Assembly (NCBI GenBank): GCA_963835575.1
Contig: CAWIGG010000002.1
Location: 576,001-640,000 of the forward strand
Length of the DNA stretch: 64,000 nucleotides
Direction: 5' to 3'
From: an uncultured Spirochaetota bacterium
Lineage (GTDB): Bacteria > Spirochaetota > Brevinematia > Brevinematales > JAOACQ01
In this document: piece by piece, positions 1 through 10,635 of the stretch
Position numbering within the stretch: position 1 is the stretch's first letter
Layout: the number at the start of each line of letters is the position of its first letter
Position numbers and translations under genes: made by a program
The notes under the pieces: model-generated
What the model saw: the letters and a program-made list of their open reading frames with translations, nothing else
What the model was told of the DNA's origin: nothing
Database searches by the model: none

Positions 1-330
1 TTCATTCTCCTGGATCTTTTTTAAAATTGTTAATTTTGATTCCTCAGACAGCCTGTCGCCGGTGGATTTTCTTTCAAGAGAACGCATCGCGACTTTGGCT
101 ATTTCGCGGACGTAAGACGGCTGTTCTTTATCATCAATGAGATATTTAAAATAAGACACCAGCGCTTTGTCCAGCTGGTCTTCCTGTATAATTCCCTTGC
201 GGAGCAGTATATTTCCGATAGGTTCCTGATATTTCGATTTTTTTCTGTTATGCGTCTGCTCTTTGATAGTCGCTTCGAGCTGAGTTTCATTAATGATGCC
301 CATTTTTAACATAACTTCCCCAATTTTCAT
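1..330 (-). CDS. MshEN-like (c-di-GMP-binding motif) protein, N-terminal part; runs off the window start
   Basis: Translated by hand, not in the ORF track: MKIGEVMLKMGIINETQLEATIKEQ...PIGNILLRKGIIQEDQLDKAL, two copies of the RLGxxLxxxGxxxxxxLxxxL-type motif; GGGGAG RBS upstream. Confidence 0.7.
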   Translation of the reverse strand, partial: MKIGEVMLKMGIINETQLEATIKEQTHNRKKSKYQEPIGNILLRKGIIQEDQLDKALVSYFKYLIDDKEQPSYVREIAKVAMRSLERKSTGDRLSEESKLTILKKIQENE

Positions 331-750
331 TATCAACTCCCCCTTACTTTGATATCAAAAACCATAAATTACCTAAAATATGCAAGGTATAAATTATATT
401 AATGCGGACCCGGGAAAGTATATTTAATTAACATCAGAAACACTACCGGATATATTTTGCATTATTTTTAGATTTTGTCAACACTTTTGTTTAGTATTTT
501 TAAAATATTATACCCTGAAAGGAGAGTTTTTTTGATATTTATTTATAAAGTATATCATTTCATTCGAAATTATTTTCAATTCTACGGGTCACCGCGGCAA
601 AATGGTAAGAGACAATTATTAAGCTTTTGATTTAATCTGTTCAGTTATGTTATGAGTAATGATGATTAAAACGGCTTTATTATTGGAAAATATATAAACA
701 AATAATTATCATTTCAAAAAGAATAAAACATAAATTATTTTTTCAATATC

Positions 751-779
751 TTGACAAACTATTTTCTTAAAGTTATATT
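751..779 (+). promoter_or_regulatory. sigma70-type promoter of the MMPL operon
   Basis: TTGACA(751-756)-17 nt-TATATT(774-779). Confidence 0.75.
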
Positions 780-781
780 TT

Positions 782-814
782 AACTAACCGTTTAGTTTAA
801 CTGAACGTTTAGTT
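782..814. promoter_or_regulatory. Tandem palindromic operators, TetR-like
   Basis: AACTAACCGTTTAGTT (782-797) and AACTGAACGTTTAGTT (799-814) directly after the -10 box. Confidence 0.65.
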
Positions 815-831
815 GATTTTAACTGTATGTT

Positions 832-3678
832 TTGGAGAAGTTAAAGATGTTTGAGAAATTAATTGATAAGCTTTCACAATTGAACATTAAATTCAGTGCC
901 TGGATAATCATCGGTTCTGTGGTTATAACGGTCCTGTTTTCCATATTCATTAAAAATCTCTATTTTGACAATGATCTGACAAACTGGGTTTCAGAAAACA
1001 GCGAGCTTGGAAGACTGCCGCATTATGTGGCTAAAAAATTCGGCAGCAATACTCCCATCCTGCTTGAATTCAAATTTGACGACTGCTTTACTTATGAAAA
1101 TCTATCTCTAATCAGAGAAGTATCGGATGACCTGGAAAAAATGGAAGGCGTGGATATGGTAATGAGCATCGCCAATATTGATGAGATATCATCTTCGGAG
1201 GGCAGTGTGAAGGTCAGTAAACTGCTCACTTATCCGCTGCCCCGGGAAAAGGGCTTTTATATTAAATTAAAAGAAAAAGTTCTTTCAAAGAAAGAATATA
1301 ATAAAGTAATTATTTCTTCAGACGCTACAACAGCGATGGTGATAGTAAAGCCCAGGACAGATCAGCGTAATGATATTATCGCAGCAAAAGTTAGAAAAAA
1401 TGTTGAAAAAATAATGGAAGGCAAAAAAGGTGTCGTTTATTATGGCGGTCTGCCTTCTTTTATGAATTCTATAACTGAGATTGTTCTTAAAGATTTCATC
1501 CTTTTAATTCCGCTGGTAGTACTTGTTGTAATGGGAGTTCTTTTTTATTCATTCAGGACAGGGCGGGGGATATTACTTCCTCTTCTTTCTGTTGCTTTCG
1601 CGGCACTGATGGCTATGGGCTTGATGGGCCTTTTCCGGATCCCGCTGAATATTATGAGCGTAACCATACCAGTTGTGCTGATAGCCTGCGGGAACGCGTA
1701 CGGCATTCATGTCCTGAACCGTTATTACGAAAAGGCGGCTCTTTTTACCGATAAGAAGGAAATCATCCGGCAGGTTATGCGGGAGATAAGCCTCCCAGTG
1801 ATCCTATCCGGTTTAACGGCCGTGTTCGGGTTTCTGTCGCTCGCGACAGCTCAGATCCGGTTAGTCCGGGATTTCGGCATCTATACCGGAATCGGCGTAT
1901 TTTTTGCCACATTCATATCGCTTATGTTTATCCCTTCCTTCCTTTATAAAAGCAAAATTCAGAAGAGTTTCAGAATGAAGACGGCTGCTCTGAAAACAGT
2001 CAAAATCGGCAGGATGGCGAATATATTCACGAACCTGGTTGTTAAACGTTCATGGCTTATTATTACAGTATTCGGAATTATAACAGTCATAGGCATAATA
2101 TTTTCCACAAAGCTGATTTCTAAAGTGGATTATCTGGCTTACTTTGATAAAAAAAGCGAGCCGCGAGTTGTCGCGGATTTTACCATTGATAAATTCGGCG
2201 GTTATTTTCCATATAATATTTATATCAAAGCGGATATTAAAAATCCCGATGTCCTGAAGCTTCTTCTGATTACAGAGGAAAAAATGAAGTTCTATACGCA
2301 TCTGAAGCCCAATGGTGTTGCGGATATGATTACTTTATTAAACCAGGCCATGTCGGGTATAAAAACTATTCCTGAAACAAAAGCGGAAGTGGAGAACCTC
2401 TGGTTTTTTGTGGAGGGAAAAAGCGAGCTTGACAGTGTCGTGACTAAAGATAAAACGGAAGCGCTGATATCTTGCATGGTTAAAAGCACAGACCCGGCGT
2501 TTATCAACGGCCTGGAAGCCTACCTGGGAAATTATCTGTCCCACTTCAGCAATAAAATACTTTCAATTGAGAATAAACCGGATAATCCTGAGCTCCTAAA
2601 TATAGAAAGAATCTTTATCGGCAACCTTCTTTATGAATGCGGGTTAAAATACAGTACAAATGAACTGGATAATATTGTTTTAAAGATTGCTGAAATAAAT
2701 AAAAACTATGCCCCTTCTATAAATAAAAATAAGCTGTCGCAATATCTGACAGGTGATGAATCGGAAATCGCACTGACCGGACAGGCGGCCGGTAAAATTA
2801 TTTCGGCTATTGCGGGCTTAAAGAAATTTGATCCTGATTCTGTATTGGAAGCCCTTAAAAAAAATATGCCGGAGAACGAAAAATATGATACGGAAGATAT
2901 TGGGGCGCTTTCAAGAAGCCTTCTGGGAATGATAAATGACGAATCCAGGATGCAGAGGATCGGTCTGATGGTGTCCGCTTTAAAAAGAATCTTTCCTCAA
3001 TCTGCCTTTGTCCCTGAAGAAGACTTGAACTATACAGTCGCTCCCTTTGTCTGGAAAACCATTCCATCTTCCTTTATCCAAAACACAGCCGCAGTGAATG
3101 AAACTCCGGTGCAGGAATTAGGGCAGACAGGCTATGCTTATATCGCTGAGCTTCTCCGCCGGGAGATTATAAGAGATCAAGTTATAAGTCTTATTATTAC
3201 GCTTCTGGTTGTTTTTATATTCAACACCCTTGTTTTCCGCTCTGTAAAAGAAGGGCTGATTTCCATGATAGCGATGCCTTTTACTCTTATTCTTAACTAC
3301 GGCTTGATGGCCTTTCTCAAAATACCGCTGGACATTGTGACGGTGACCATCGGTAGCATATCGATCATCGGCATCGATTATACCCTGCATTTCATAGCGC
3401 GATATTCCATCGAAATGAAAAAGAACGGTAAAAATAAAACAGAGGCGATCCGGATGACATTCGCGACGGCCGGCAAGGCCATTATTTTTAACGCCCTGTC
3501 TGTAGGGCTCGGCTTCGCCGTGCTTTGCTTCTCAAGCATCATAGCTCTGAGGAACCTGGGTTTTCTTCTGGCGATGACAATGGTTGTCAGCTGTGTGACA
3601 TCTCTGATACTCCTGCCGGCGCTTATGGCGCTGGGAAATGTGCTTCCTGAAAATGGGAATAATGCAAAACCGGTTTAA
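832..3678 (+). CDS. MMPL/RND family transporter
   Basis: 948 aa; two repeats of 1 TM + large periplasmic domain + 5 TM; GNAYGIH and GIDYTLH motifs; start may be the ATG at 847. Confidence 0.9.
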   Translation: MEKLKMFEKLIDKLSQLNIKFSAWIIIGSVVITVLFSIFIKNLYFDNDLTNWVSENSELGRLPHYVAKKFGSNTPILLEFKFDDCFTYENLSLIREVSDDLEKMEGVDMVMSIANIDEISSSEGSVKVSKLLTYPLPREKGFYIKLKEKVLSKKEYNKVIISSDATTAMVIVKPRTDQRNDIIAAKVRKNVEKIMEGKKGVVYYGGLPSFMNSITEIVLKDFILLIPLVVLVVMGVLFYSFRTGRGILLPLLSVAFAALMAMGLMGLFRIPLNIMSVTIPVVLIACGNAYGIHVLNRYYEKAALFTDKKEIIRQVMREISLPVILSGLTAVFGFLSLATAQIRLVRDFGIYTGIGVFFATFISLMFIPSFLYKSKIQKSFRMKTAALKTVKIGRMANIFTNLVVKRSWLIITVFGIITVIGIIFSTKLISKVDYLAYFDKKSEPRVVADFTIDKFGGYFPYNIYIKADIKNPDVLKLLLITEEKMKFYTHLKPNGVADMITLLNQAMSGIKTIPETKAEVENLWFFVEGKSELDSVVTKDKTEALISCMVKSTDPAFINGLEAYLGNYLSHFSNKILSIENKPDNPELLNIERIFIGNLLYECGLKYSTNELDNIVLKIAEINKNYAPSINKNKLSQYLTGDESEIALTGQAAGKIISAIAGLKKFDPDSVLEALKKNMPENEKYDTEDIGALSRSLLGMINDESRMQRIGLMVSALKRIFPQSAFVPEEDLNYTVAPFVWKTIPSSFIQNTAAVNETPVQELGQTGYAYIAELLRREIIRDQVISLIITLLVVFIFNTLVFRSVKEGLISMIAMPFTLILNYGLMAFLKIPLDIVTVTIGSISIIGIDYTLHFIARYSIEMKKNGKNKTEAIRMTFATAGKAIIFNALSVGLGFAVLCFSSIIALRNLGFLLAMTMVVSCVTSLILLPALMALGNVLPENGNNAKPV

Positions 3679-3726
3679 TTATAAAACGAGTTTTAACAAA
3701 GAGAAACAAAAAAGGAGGAAAAAAGG

Positions 3727-4476
3727 ATGAAAAGATTTTATCTATTTTTAGCCGCGGTTATATTTACCATCGGGATCTCAAAAGTTTATTCCATGACAGG
3801 GGAAGATGTTTTGGCCGGGGTTGAAGCGAAACTGTCAGCGCCTCAGGATATGGAAAGCAGAAGCGATATGGTTCTGGCAAATTCCGACGGCAGCGGCAGG
3901 GAAAAAAGAGTTTTGAAGATGTGGTCCGCGGGTAAAAAGAAAAGGCTTATCAAGTTTATTGAACCGGCCGGTATTGAAGGGATCGGTTTCCTGATGGAAG
4001 GGGATAATGAATTGAATCTTTATCTTCCGGCCATGAATAAGATCAGGAGAATAGAAGGCGGCGCTAAAAATGAGGACTTTCAGGGGACGGATTTTTCATA
4101 TAATGAGATGGCAAGCTATGAATACAAAAAGGATTATTCGGCCGAAATCGCATCGGAAGATTCCAATACCTATGTATTGAATTTAAAAAGGAAGAGCGGA
4201 TCGGATAAAAACTTTGATTCCATTAAGATGGTTGTGAATAAAATGAATTTAGTCCCTGAGAAAATAGAGCTTTATGAAAACGGGACGCTGAAAAAAATAT
4301 TAACCATCTCCGGGATCAAGGAAGAAGGTAAATACACCGTGCCGGTGAAAATAATGATGGAGAATGTTTCTAAAAAACATTTTACGGAAATCACCATGAG
4401 CGACATCAAATTTGACCAGGGACTTGAGGATAAGGATGTTTTCAGTAAAAGGTTTCTCAAGAAAAAAGCAAAATAA
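3727..4476 (+). CDS. Outer-membrane lipoprotein-sorting (LolA-like) protein
   Basis: Signal peptide; LYLPAMNKIRRI and FQGTDFSYNE motifs; usual MMPL partner; AGGAGG RBS. Confidence 0.85.
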   Translation: MKRFYLFLAAVIFTIGISKVYSMTGEDVLAGVEAKLSAPQDMESRSDMVLANSDGSGREKRVLKMWSAGKKKRLIKFIEPAGIEGIGFLMEGDNELNLYLPAMNKIRRIEGGAKNEDFQGTDFSYNEMASYEYKKDYSAEIASEDSNTYVLNLKRKSGSDKNFDSIKMVVNKMNLVPEKIELYENGTLKKILTISGIKEEGKYTVPVKIMMENVSKKHFTEITMSDIKFDQGLEDKDVFSKRFLKKKAK

Positions 4477-4501
4477 AATCGGAAATTTAAGATCGGGTAA
4501 T

Positions 4502-4671
4502 CCGCTAATGCACGCGAATATACGCGAAGAACTTCTGGGAATGGAAAACCACGAATATCACGAATTAACACGAATAGATTTGAACAGGAATAAGGAATGT
4601 GAATGTCTCAAAGGTCTTTATTAATATTTCAAGCAAATATATCTTAGCGTGACTTCGCGCGGCTTTGCGGA
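4502..4671. repeat. 9-10-nt-periodic inverted-repeat intergenic element
   Basis: ccgctaatgcacgcgaatatacgcgaa and aaccacgaatatcacgaattaacacgaat, with inverted partner ttagcgtgacttcgcgcggctttgcgga (4644-4671). Confidence 0.6.
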
Positions 4672-4738
4672 AGATCGAAATCTGTTATTGAAAGTGAAAA
4701 GATGCTGATAATATAAAATTATCTATGGAGGGACAATT

Positions 4739-6235
4739 ATGAATAAATATGGATTAATGATTTTTATACTTTTAATGATAACCGGATCATTCCATGCTCT
4801 GGATGTCAGCGGGAATTTCTCAACAGAAACAAGGTTTTCCCTGACGAACGGCGACTACCTGTTCAATCAGGAGAATGGGAGCCTTAAATTTGAACAGCAG
4901 GTTGATGACAACCTTTACGGCATGGCAAAGCTGGCCTTTAAATATTACGATAACCCGCATGGAAATACTACATATAACTCGACTTTAAACGCGGATGAGT
5001 TGAGCTCCCTCTATTCCCTGCAGCCGCTGGAAATATCCCTGGATGAAGCCTATTTTACCTATATGAATTTTATTGTTGAGAAACTGGACCTGACAGCCGG
5101 CAAACAGCGGATCACATGGGGTACGGCCGACAGGCTCAATCCGACCGATATCCTGAATCCCAATGATTATTCAGACCCTTTTGATTTCGGCAAAAAAATC
5201 CCGGTCCCGGCTGTTAATCTTGTTTATCATTTCCCTGCTCTGGAATCCAGCCTTCAATTGGTTTTTGAGCCCTATTCATCTGCGGCCAGGCAGAACTGCA
5301 TGATGATAAACCAGTTAAGAAGCGGGCTGTATGCCGGTATTATTTCTAATATGAATATGGGCGTGACAACTTTTCAGGATGCCTCAGCCGGCTGGCTTTA
5401 TGAGAAAGCGCTGACGCCTGAACCGAATCTTTCCAATTTTGCCGCCGGTGTGAAGCTGGCGGGAGTGATCGGCGGCTTTGATCTTTCGGTTAATTATGTC
5501 ACGCGTATGAACAATATGCCTTATGTGATGGAAGTCAATTTAGATACAAAAACGGAGCTATTGTTGAGTCCCGGACTCGCGACAAATGTCTCAATTGATT
5601 CAAAAGCCTATACTTTAGGGTTTTACAGGGAAAATGAAGTCGGCTTTGATTTTTCAAAAGACACGGGCTTTATGCTTGTGTGGGGGGAGGCGGCTGTCAC
5701 ATTTCCGGGCGAGCAGAAAACCGTTACAAAAATTAATAATACTTTGATTATCGATGCACCGCTTCCTGGCGCCGGCAGCTATTTTATGCCGCAGACAAAT
5801 GAAGCGGTAGTCATTTCAAATGAAGCTTATGTCAAATATACGGTAGGGTGTGATAAGAGTTTTGAGGGCGGCTGGTATATCAATTTTCAATATAACCATG
5901 GTTTTTTTAATGAAAGAGGGAATGCCGGCCCTGAAAGGCTGCAGGATTATTTTCTGATACGGCTGGAGGAAAGATTATTAAGCGATAAACTGAAATTCGC
6001 CCTGACCGGATTTGCCGATATAAATAACCTCGGGGATGCTTTCAAAGCCGATGATTTCGGAGCTTATGTCAGGGATAACAGCGGTATATTAGGCCAGTTT
6101 TCCATCGCGTACAGCCCGGACCCGAGCGTCACGGTAGAGACGGGTGTGTACGGTATTGACGGAACTGATAATACAAGCCTTGGGGAAATGAAAGACTATG
6201 ATATGGTTTATATAAAGTTTGATTATAGTTTTTAA
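4739..6235 (+). CDS. Putative outer-membrane beta-barrel (DUF1302-like)
   Basis: Signal peptide; GKQRITWGTADRLNPTD motif; C-terminal YIKFDYSF barrel signal; operon context. Confidence 0.75.
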   Translation: MNKYGLMIFILLMITGSFHALDVSGNFSTETRFSLTNGDYLFNQENGSLKFEQQVDDNLYGMAKLAFKYYDNPHGNTTYNSTLNADELSSLYSLQPLEISLDEAYFTYMNFIVEKLDLTAGKQRITWGTADRLNPTDILNPNDYSDPFDFGKKIPVPAVNLVYHFPALESSLQLVFEPYSSAARQNCMMINQLRSGLYAGIISNMNMGVTTFQDASAGWLYEKALTPEPNLSNFAAGVKLAGVIGGFDLSVNYVTRMNNMPYVMEVNLDTKTELLLSPGLATNVSIDSKAYTLGFYRENEVGFDFSKDTGFMLVWGEAAVTFPGEQKTVTKINNTLIIDAPLPGAGSYFMPQTNEAVVISNEAYVKYTVGCDKSFEGGWYINFQYNHGFFNERGNAGPERLQDYFLIRLEERLLSDKLKFALTGFADINNLGDAFKADDFGAYVRDNSGILGQFSIAYSPDPSVTVETGVYGIDGTDNTSLGEMKDYDMVYIKFDYSF

Positions 6236-6379
6236 GAAATAATTTATTTTTTTTATAAAGCCTTAAAAAAGCATAATTTTTGATTTATAAACATTGAATT
6301 GTAAAAGTTTTGGCCATTTCACTTAAACCATTAATATTTGACTAAAAAACCGCCTGGAAATACAATAAACAGGGGTTAA

Positions 6380-8011
6380 GTGAATCGAATTTTTCATTAT
6401 TTCACTTCATCTTACAAAGAAGGTTCCGAGATTTTAAAAAAAGCAAAGATATTGTCTGTTATCGCCCTTCTTTTTATCGTCAGCGTGTTTTTAGCCCTTG
6501 CCGCTCAGTTGTTTACAACCAGGGATCCCTTTTATATCATACTCATGATCCTCTGCGTCGGGATATGTGGTTTTTCTCTCTTCAGCATCCGGCACGGCCG
6601 TTTTATAACAGCCAGCAACATTATTATTTGCATTTTGCTCCTCCTTCTGGTTGTTGCCCAGCTTTTTGTCGATTATTACAGTCCGAGCTTTCTTGTCCGT
6701 AATGCCATAGTGGTGCTTTTAATCATCGGTCTTATCGGCGAGAAACGCTATCAGGAAATCTACTCTTTTGCCGTTGTCATTGTTGCCCTCCTGCTTTTAT
6801 ATATCTTTCGAGTTCTTCCTGATAATAACGGCAGGCTTTCGGATAAAATTATATTTGATCTATTCATCAATTTTCTCTTTATAGCAGCCGCATTTGTCCT
6901 GTTATGGATACGTCTCAGCATTACCAGGCAGAGCCTTCAGCAGGCGCAGAAAGAGGCTGAGGAAAATAAAAAACGCTATGAAAGGCTGGAAGAAATTCTC
7001 CTGAAAAGTAAACAGAGAATGGAAATCGGCGGCAGGCTTGTCGATCTGTCCAACTCGATGAATCAGGGTATAAAGGGCCTGAAATTAACACTTGAAAATA
7101 TTCAAAACGGCTTTTCCGTTTTAGATGCCGAGTTTAAATCATATGAGGAAACAAGCAACAAGATGGTCCAGTATTCCATAGGCGTGAAGGAAAGCATCGT
7201 ACGTCAGAACCAGGCCATTGACGAATCCGCGTCCGCCATCAAGGCGATTGAAAAATTTGTCGGCAGCGTGGCGGATGAAGCTCAGGACCAGAAAAAATCG
7301 GTGGATGAGCTGAACAGGCTCTCGAATAAATTACTGCTTGAAATGCGGCAATCGGAAGAAGCGATCCATAAAGTCAGCGATTCTTCGGCCAATATTATGG
7401 ATGTGCTGAAAGTGATTTCCGAAATTGCCGACCAGACAAACCTGCTGGCGATGAATACGGCTATCGAGGCGGCGCATGCGGGGGAATACGGTAAAGGATT
7501 TACAATAGTGGCAGGCGAGATAAGAGCGCTGTCCAACGCGACGACAAAAAACAGCGAGTTCATTACAAAGGGTCTTAAACAGAATATTGATAATATCAGC
7601 AGCGCGACGGAAATGGTCAAGAAAACTTCCGAATACTTTAATGAACTGAACCGCCAGATCGGCATTCTGATCCAGAGTATCGGCGCTGTAACCGGAAGCA
7701 TGGAGAATCTTGCTTCACAGAACCGGCTGATCAAGAATGCCGTGAATCTGCTTCAGGAAAAAACCGGCGGTGTGAATGAATCCATCAGGAATATGGAAAA
7801 ACTTCTTCAAAACAACAGTGAAAGCTTCCGCCGGGTTTCTGATTTTTATAACAGCGTGGAAAAGGATACGGAAATGCAGTTTCAGGAGTTCCTGGGGATA
7901 TTCAGCGGCTTTCTGGGTGAGCTGGGAAAAATAGATGAGATCGGTAAAAATAATATCGCCGATATGGAAACCCTTTATCAGGAATTGAGCGCTTTAAAGG
8001 CCGGTAAATAA
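6380..8011 (+). CDS. Methyl-accepting chemotaxis protein
   Basis: About 6 N-terminal TMs; IADQTNLLAMNTAIEAAHAGEYGKGFTIVAGEIRALS hairpin. Confidence 0.92.
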   Translation: MNRIFHYFTSSYKEGSEILKKAKILSVIALLFIVSVFLALAAQLFTTRDPFYIILMILCVGICGFSLFSIRHGRFITASNIIICILLLLLVVAQLFVDYYSPSFLVRNAIVVLLIIGLIGEKRYQEIYSFAVVIVALLLLYIFRVLPDNNGRLSDKIIFDLFINFLFIAAAFVLLWIRLSITRQSLQQAQKEAEENKKRYERLEEILLKSKQRMEIGGRLVDLSNSMNQGIKGLKLTLENIQNGFSVLDAEFKSYEETSNKMVQYSIGVKESIVRQNQAIDESASAIKAIEKFVGSVADEAQDQKKSVDELNRLSNKLLLEMRQSEEAIHKVSDSSANIMDVLKVISEIADQTNLLAMNTAIEAAHAGEYGKGFTIVAGEIRALSNATTKNSEFITKGLKQNIDNISSATEMVKKTSEYFNELNRQIGILIQSIGAVTGSMENLASQNRLIKNAVNLLQEKTGGVNESIRNMEKLLQNNSESFRRVSDFYNSVEKDTEMQFQEFLGIFSGFLGELGKIDEIGKNNIADMETLYQELSALKAGK

Positions 8012-8022
8012 AGTATGATAGC

Positions 8023-9150
8023 TTAAGCGATTTCCTTAATATAGATGCGGTAAGTTTTATACCGCTCCACATTGAGATGCTTCATGGAATCCAGCATTTT
8101 ATCATTAGTCTCTACGATATTGGACTCTTCGGCTTCCGCAAAACCAAGCCTCACGCCTTTTTCGATGACATTTAGATTCATTGCTGTCTCCAATCCAAGA
8201 TGGCGGTATTTTTCAAGCACTCCCATCAGCATCAGCCGGAACCTGTCAGTTTTTTTTATTCGGAGAAGATGAATAAAACCGAGGGGGAATAACCGGCCGT
8301 TCATTTTTTTAACAGCCTGGTTCGCGTCATAAACGCTCAGCGCAAAGCCGGCAGGTTTGCCGTCAAACTCGACCATAAAAGACAGCGGTCTGACAACCAT
8401 TGTTTTTACAGCTTCCTTGATCCTCTTCCATTCCCGTTCTGAGAGATTAACATGTCCCCAGTTCTTATTCCATGCTTCATGGAATATCATTTTTACTTTT
8501 TCAGCTTCAATATCCAGGCTTTTTCCTTCTAAAGAAAAGATTTTAACAGAAGGGTTTTTCAATATCCTCTCCCGGACTTTATAATAACGGGGATCGATGT
8601 TTTTATCGGTCTTTCCCGTTCTTGCCCTGAAGGCATACCAGTCGATGGATTTTTTAAAGCCGCAGGCCTCAAGCAGTTTGCCGTAATACTGAGGATTATG
8701 CGCATTCAAAACATAGGGATCGGAATCAAAGCCATTGACAAGTATGCCCATCTCGTCATATATGCTGAAACTGAACGGCCCTTCAATGGATTTTTTATTT
8801 TTTAACTTTAAATATTTTTCGGCTTCTGTTATAAGGGCCCGGGCTGTTTCAATTTTATCCTCACACTCAAAAAAACCGAAAAATCCTTTATTATCATGGT
8901 ATACCTCTTCATGCCTGGAATTGACATGCACGGAAATTCTTCCGGCAGCTTTGCCGTTCCGTTCGGCGATGAAAAGTTCCGCTTCGCCGTATTCAAAAAA
9001 GACTCCCTTTTCGGGATTTAAAAATTCCATCTGGTCAAAAATGAGAGGCGGGACCCAGTGAGGATCATTCTGATAAATCTTCCAGGGCATTTTAATGAAT
9101 TGCAGGCGGTCATTTTTTGTTTTGACTATTCTGATATTAAGATCTGACAT
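8023..9150 (-). CDS. GNAT-fold N-acetyltransferase (YghO-like)
   Basis: FIKMPWKIYQNDPHWVPPL, GFFGFFEC, GVLEKYRHLG; ATG at 9150 with GGAGG RBS. Confidence 0.75.
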   Translation of the reverse strand: MSDLNIRIVKTKNDRLQFIKMPWKIYQNDPHWVPPLIFDQMEFLNPEKGVFFEYGEAELFIAERNGKAAGRISVHVNSRHEEVYHDNKGFFGFFECEDKIETARALITEAEKYLKLKNKKSIEGPFSFSIYDEMGILVNGFDSDPYVLNAHNPQYYGKLLEACGFKKSIDWYAFRARTGKTDKNIDPRYYKVRERILKNPSVKIFSLEGKSLDIEAEKVKMIFHEAWNKNWGHVNLSEREWKRIKEAVKTMVVRPLSFMVEFDGKPAGFALSVYDANQAVKKMNGRLFPLGFIHLLRIKKTDRFRLMLMGVLEKYRHLGLETAMNLNVIEKGVRLGFAEAEESNIVETNDKMLDSMKHLNVERYKTYRIYIKEIA

Positions 9151-9169
9151 AATACCTCCATTTATTTCA

Positions 9170-9232
9170 AAGGCAGTTCTAAAAACTCGCATTATTAGAA
9201 CTCCAGCGTTGTTCTGTGTTTTGCAGCCGCCC
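9170..9232. repeat. Degenerate copy of the GGCAGTTCCAAAAC palindromic element
   Basis: aaggcagttctaaaaactc...ttagaact...ttttgcagccgc, shared with 44353-44526. Confidence 0.45.
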
Positions 9233-9416
9233 TTAAATGAATTTGCATTTTTATGTCTTTTTATTTAATATCTTAGTTGATTTATACTAAAATTGAACGG
9301 TTTTTTTTCAAAAGCTTATTTAAAGACAGACAATTCAGGCAAATATATAAGATTTATCGGCTTATTATAATACATTTTATTAAGATATTAATAAAATGTA
9401 AAGGAGACAATAAAAA

Positions 9417-10598
9417 GTGCCGGAACGGTATGAATTCTGTCTGGGGCTTTTTAATGATTCATATCCGCCCATTATGGACGGTGTCGCAAATACTGTTTAT
9501 AATTACGCCAGATATCTTAACCGGAGCAATGTCAGACCGGTAGTTGTTACTCCAGGGATGCCCCGTTATAACTACCAGGATGAATTTGAAATACTTCCGT
9601 ACTTCTCAATCCCTCTTCCAAAAAGGAAACCATACAGGCTCGGCATTGCCAAGCTGGATTTTAAGCTGATGAAAACACTCTCCAATATGCCGTTCAATAT
9701 CGTCCATGCGCACAGCCCTTTCAGCGCCGGCCGTCTTGCCCTGAAAATCGGCAGGGAACGCGGCATACCTGTCGTGGCCACACTCCATGCCAAGTTTTAT
9801 GATGATTTTCTGCAGGCGGTTAAATCAAAAACAGCGGCAGATCTGATGCTGGCAAGGGTCATGAATTTTTTTGATCAATGCGATTTTGTCTGGACTGTCA
9901 ACCGCTCGACGATAGAAACGCTGAGGAGCTACGGATATCAAAAAGCCGTTGAAATTGTGGAAAACGGGACTGATTTTATTCCTGTCGATAATCCCGCTGA
10001 ATGCCGGGAACTGGTAAATATAAATTTTAATTTAAATGATTCTGAAAATGTCCTGCTTTTTGTCGGCCAGCATATCTGGCATAAGAACGTGAAACTGATT
10101 ATCAATGCTCTGTCATTATTAAAAAAAGATGACTTTCCATACAGAATGATATTTGCCGGAAAGGGAGACGCCGAGGCCGATATGAAGAAAATGGTGAACC
10201 GCCTGGGTCTAAATGATCATGTCATATTCGCGGGCCAGATCCTGGACAGGGAATTCCTCAGGGCGCTCTATATCCGCGCGGATTTATTTATATTTCCTTC
10301 GGAATATGATACTTCAGGCATTGTCGTTCAGGAAGCCGCTGCCTCCGGAACGCCGTCAATCCTTATGAGGGGCAGTAATGCCGCAGAGAATATAAAAGAC
10401 GGCATTAACGGCTTTCTGACGGACAATTCGGCGGAATTCCTGGCTTCAGTCATCAAGAAAGCCCTGTCTGATCATGATAATTTAATTAAAGCCGGGAAAA
10501 ACGCGTTTAATTCCATTTACAAACCCTGGGAAAAAATAGTAATAGAGGTAAAAGAGCGTTATAAAGATATTATTAAAAATTGGAAGGGCAAAAAATAA
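9417..10598 (+). CDS. Glycosyltransferase family 4 (possible glycolipid synthase)
   Basis: DSYPPIMDGVA, HAHSPF, FPSEYDTSGIVVQEAAASG GT-B motifs. Confidence 0.9.
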   Translation: MPERYEFCLGLFNDSYPPIMDGVANTVYNYARYLNRSNVRPVVVTPGMPRYNYQDEFEILPYFSIPLPKRKPYRLGIAKLDFKLMKTLSNMPFNIVHAHSPFSAGRLALKIGRERGIPVVATLHAKFYDDFLQAVKSKTAADLMLARVMNFFDQCDFVWTVNRSTIETLRSYGYQKAVEIVENGTDFIPVDNPAECRELVNINFNLNDSENVLLFVGQHIWHKNVKLIINALSLLKKDDFPYRMIFAGKGDAEADMKKMVNRLGLNDHVIFAGQILDREFLRALYIRADLFIFPSEYDTSGIVVQEAAASGTPSILMRGSNAAENIKDGINGFLTDNSAEFLASVIKKALSDHDNLIKAGKNAFNSIYKPWEKIVIEVKERYKDIIKNWKGKK

Positions 10599-10635
10599 AC
10601 CAGCAACATGCAGCCGGCAGAAAAATCCATCTCAT

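Noticed and set aside
99..290. 63-aa ORF from the track
   Set aside because: Out-of-frame shadow of the MshEN-like CDS
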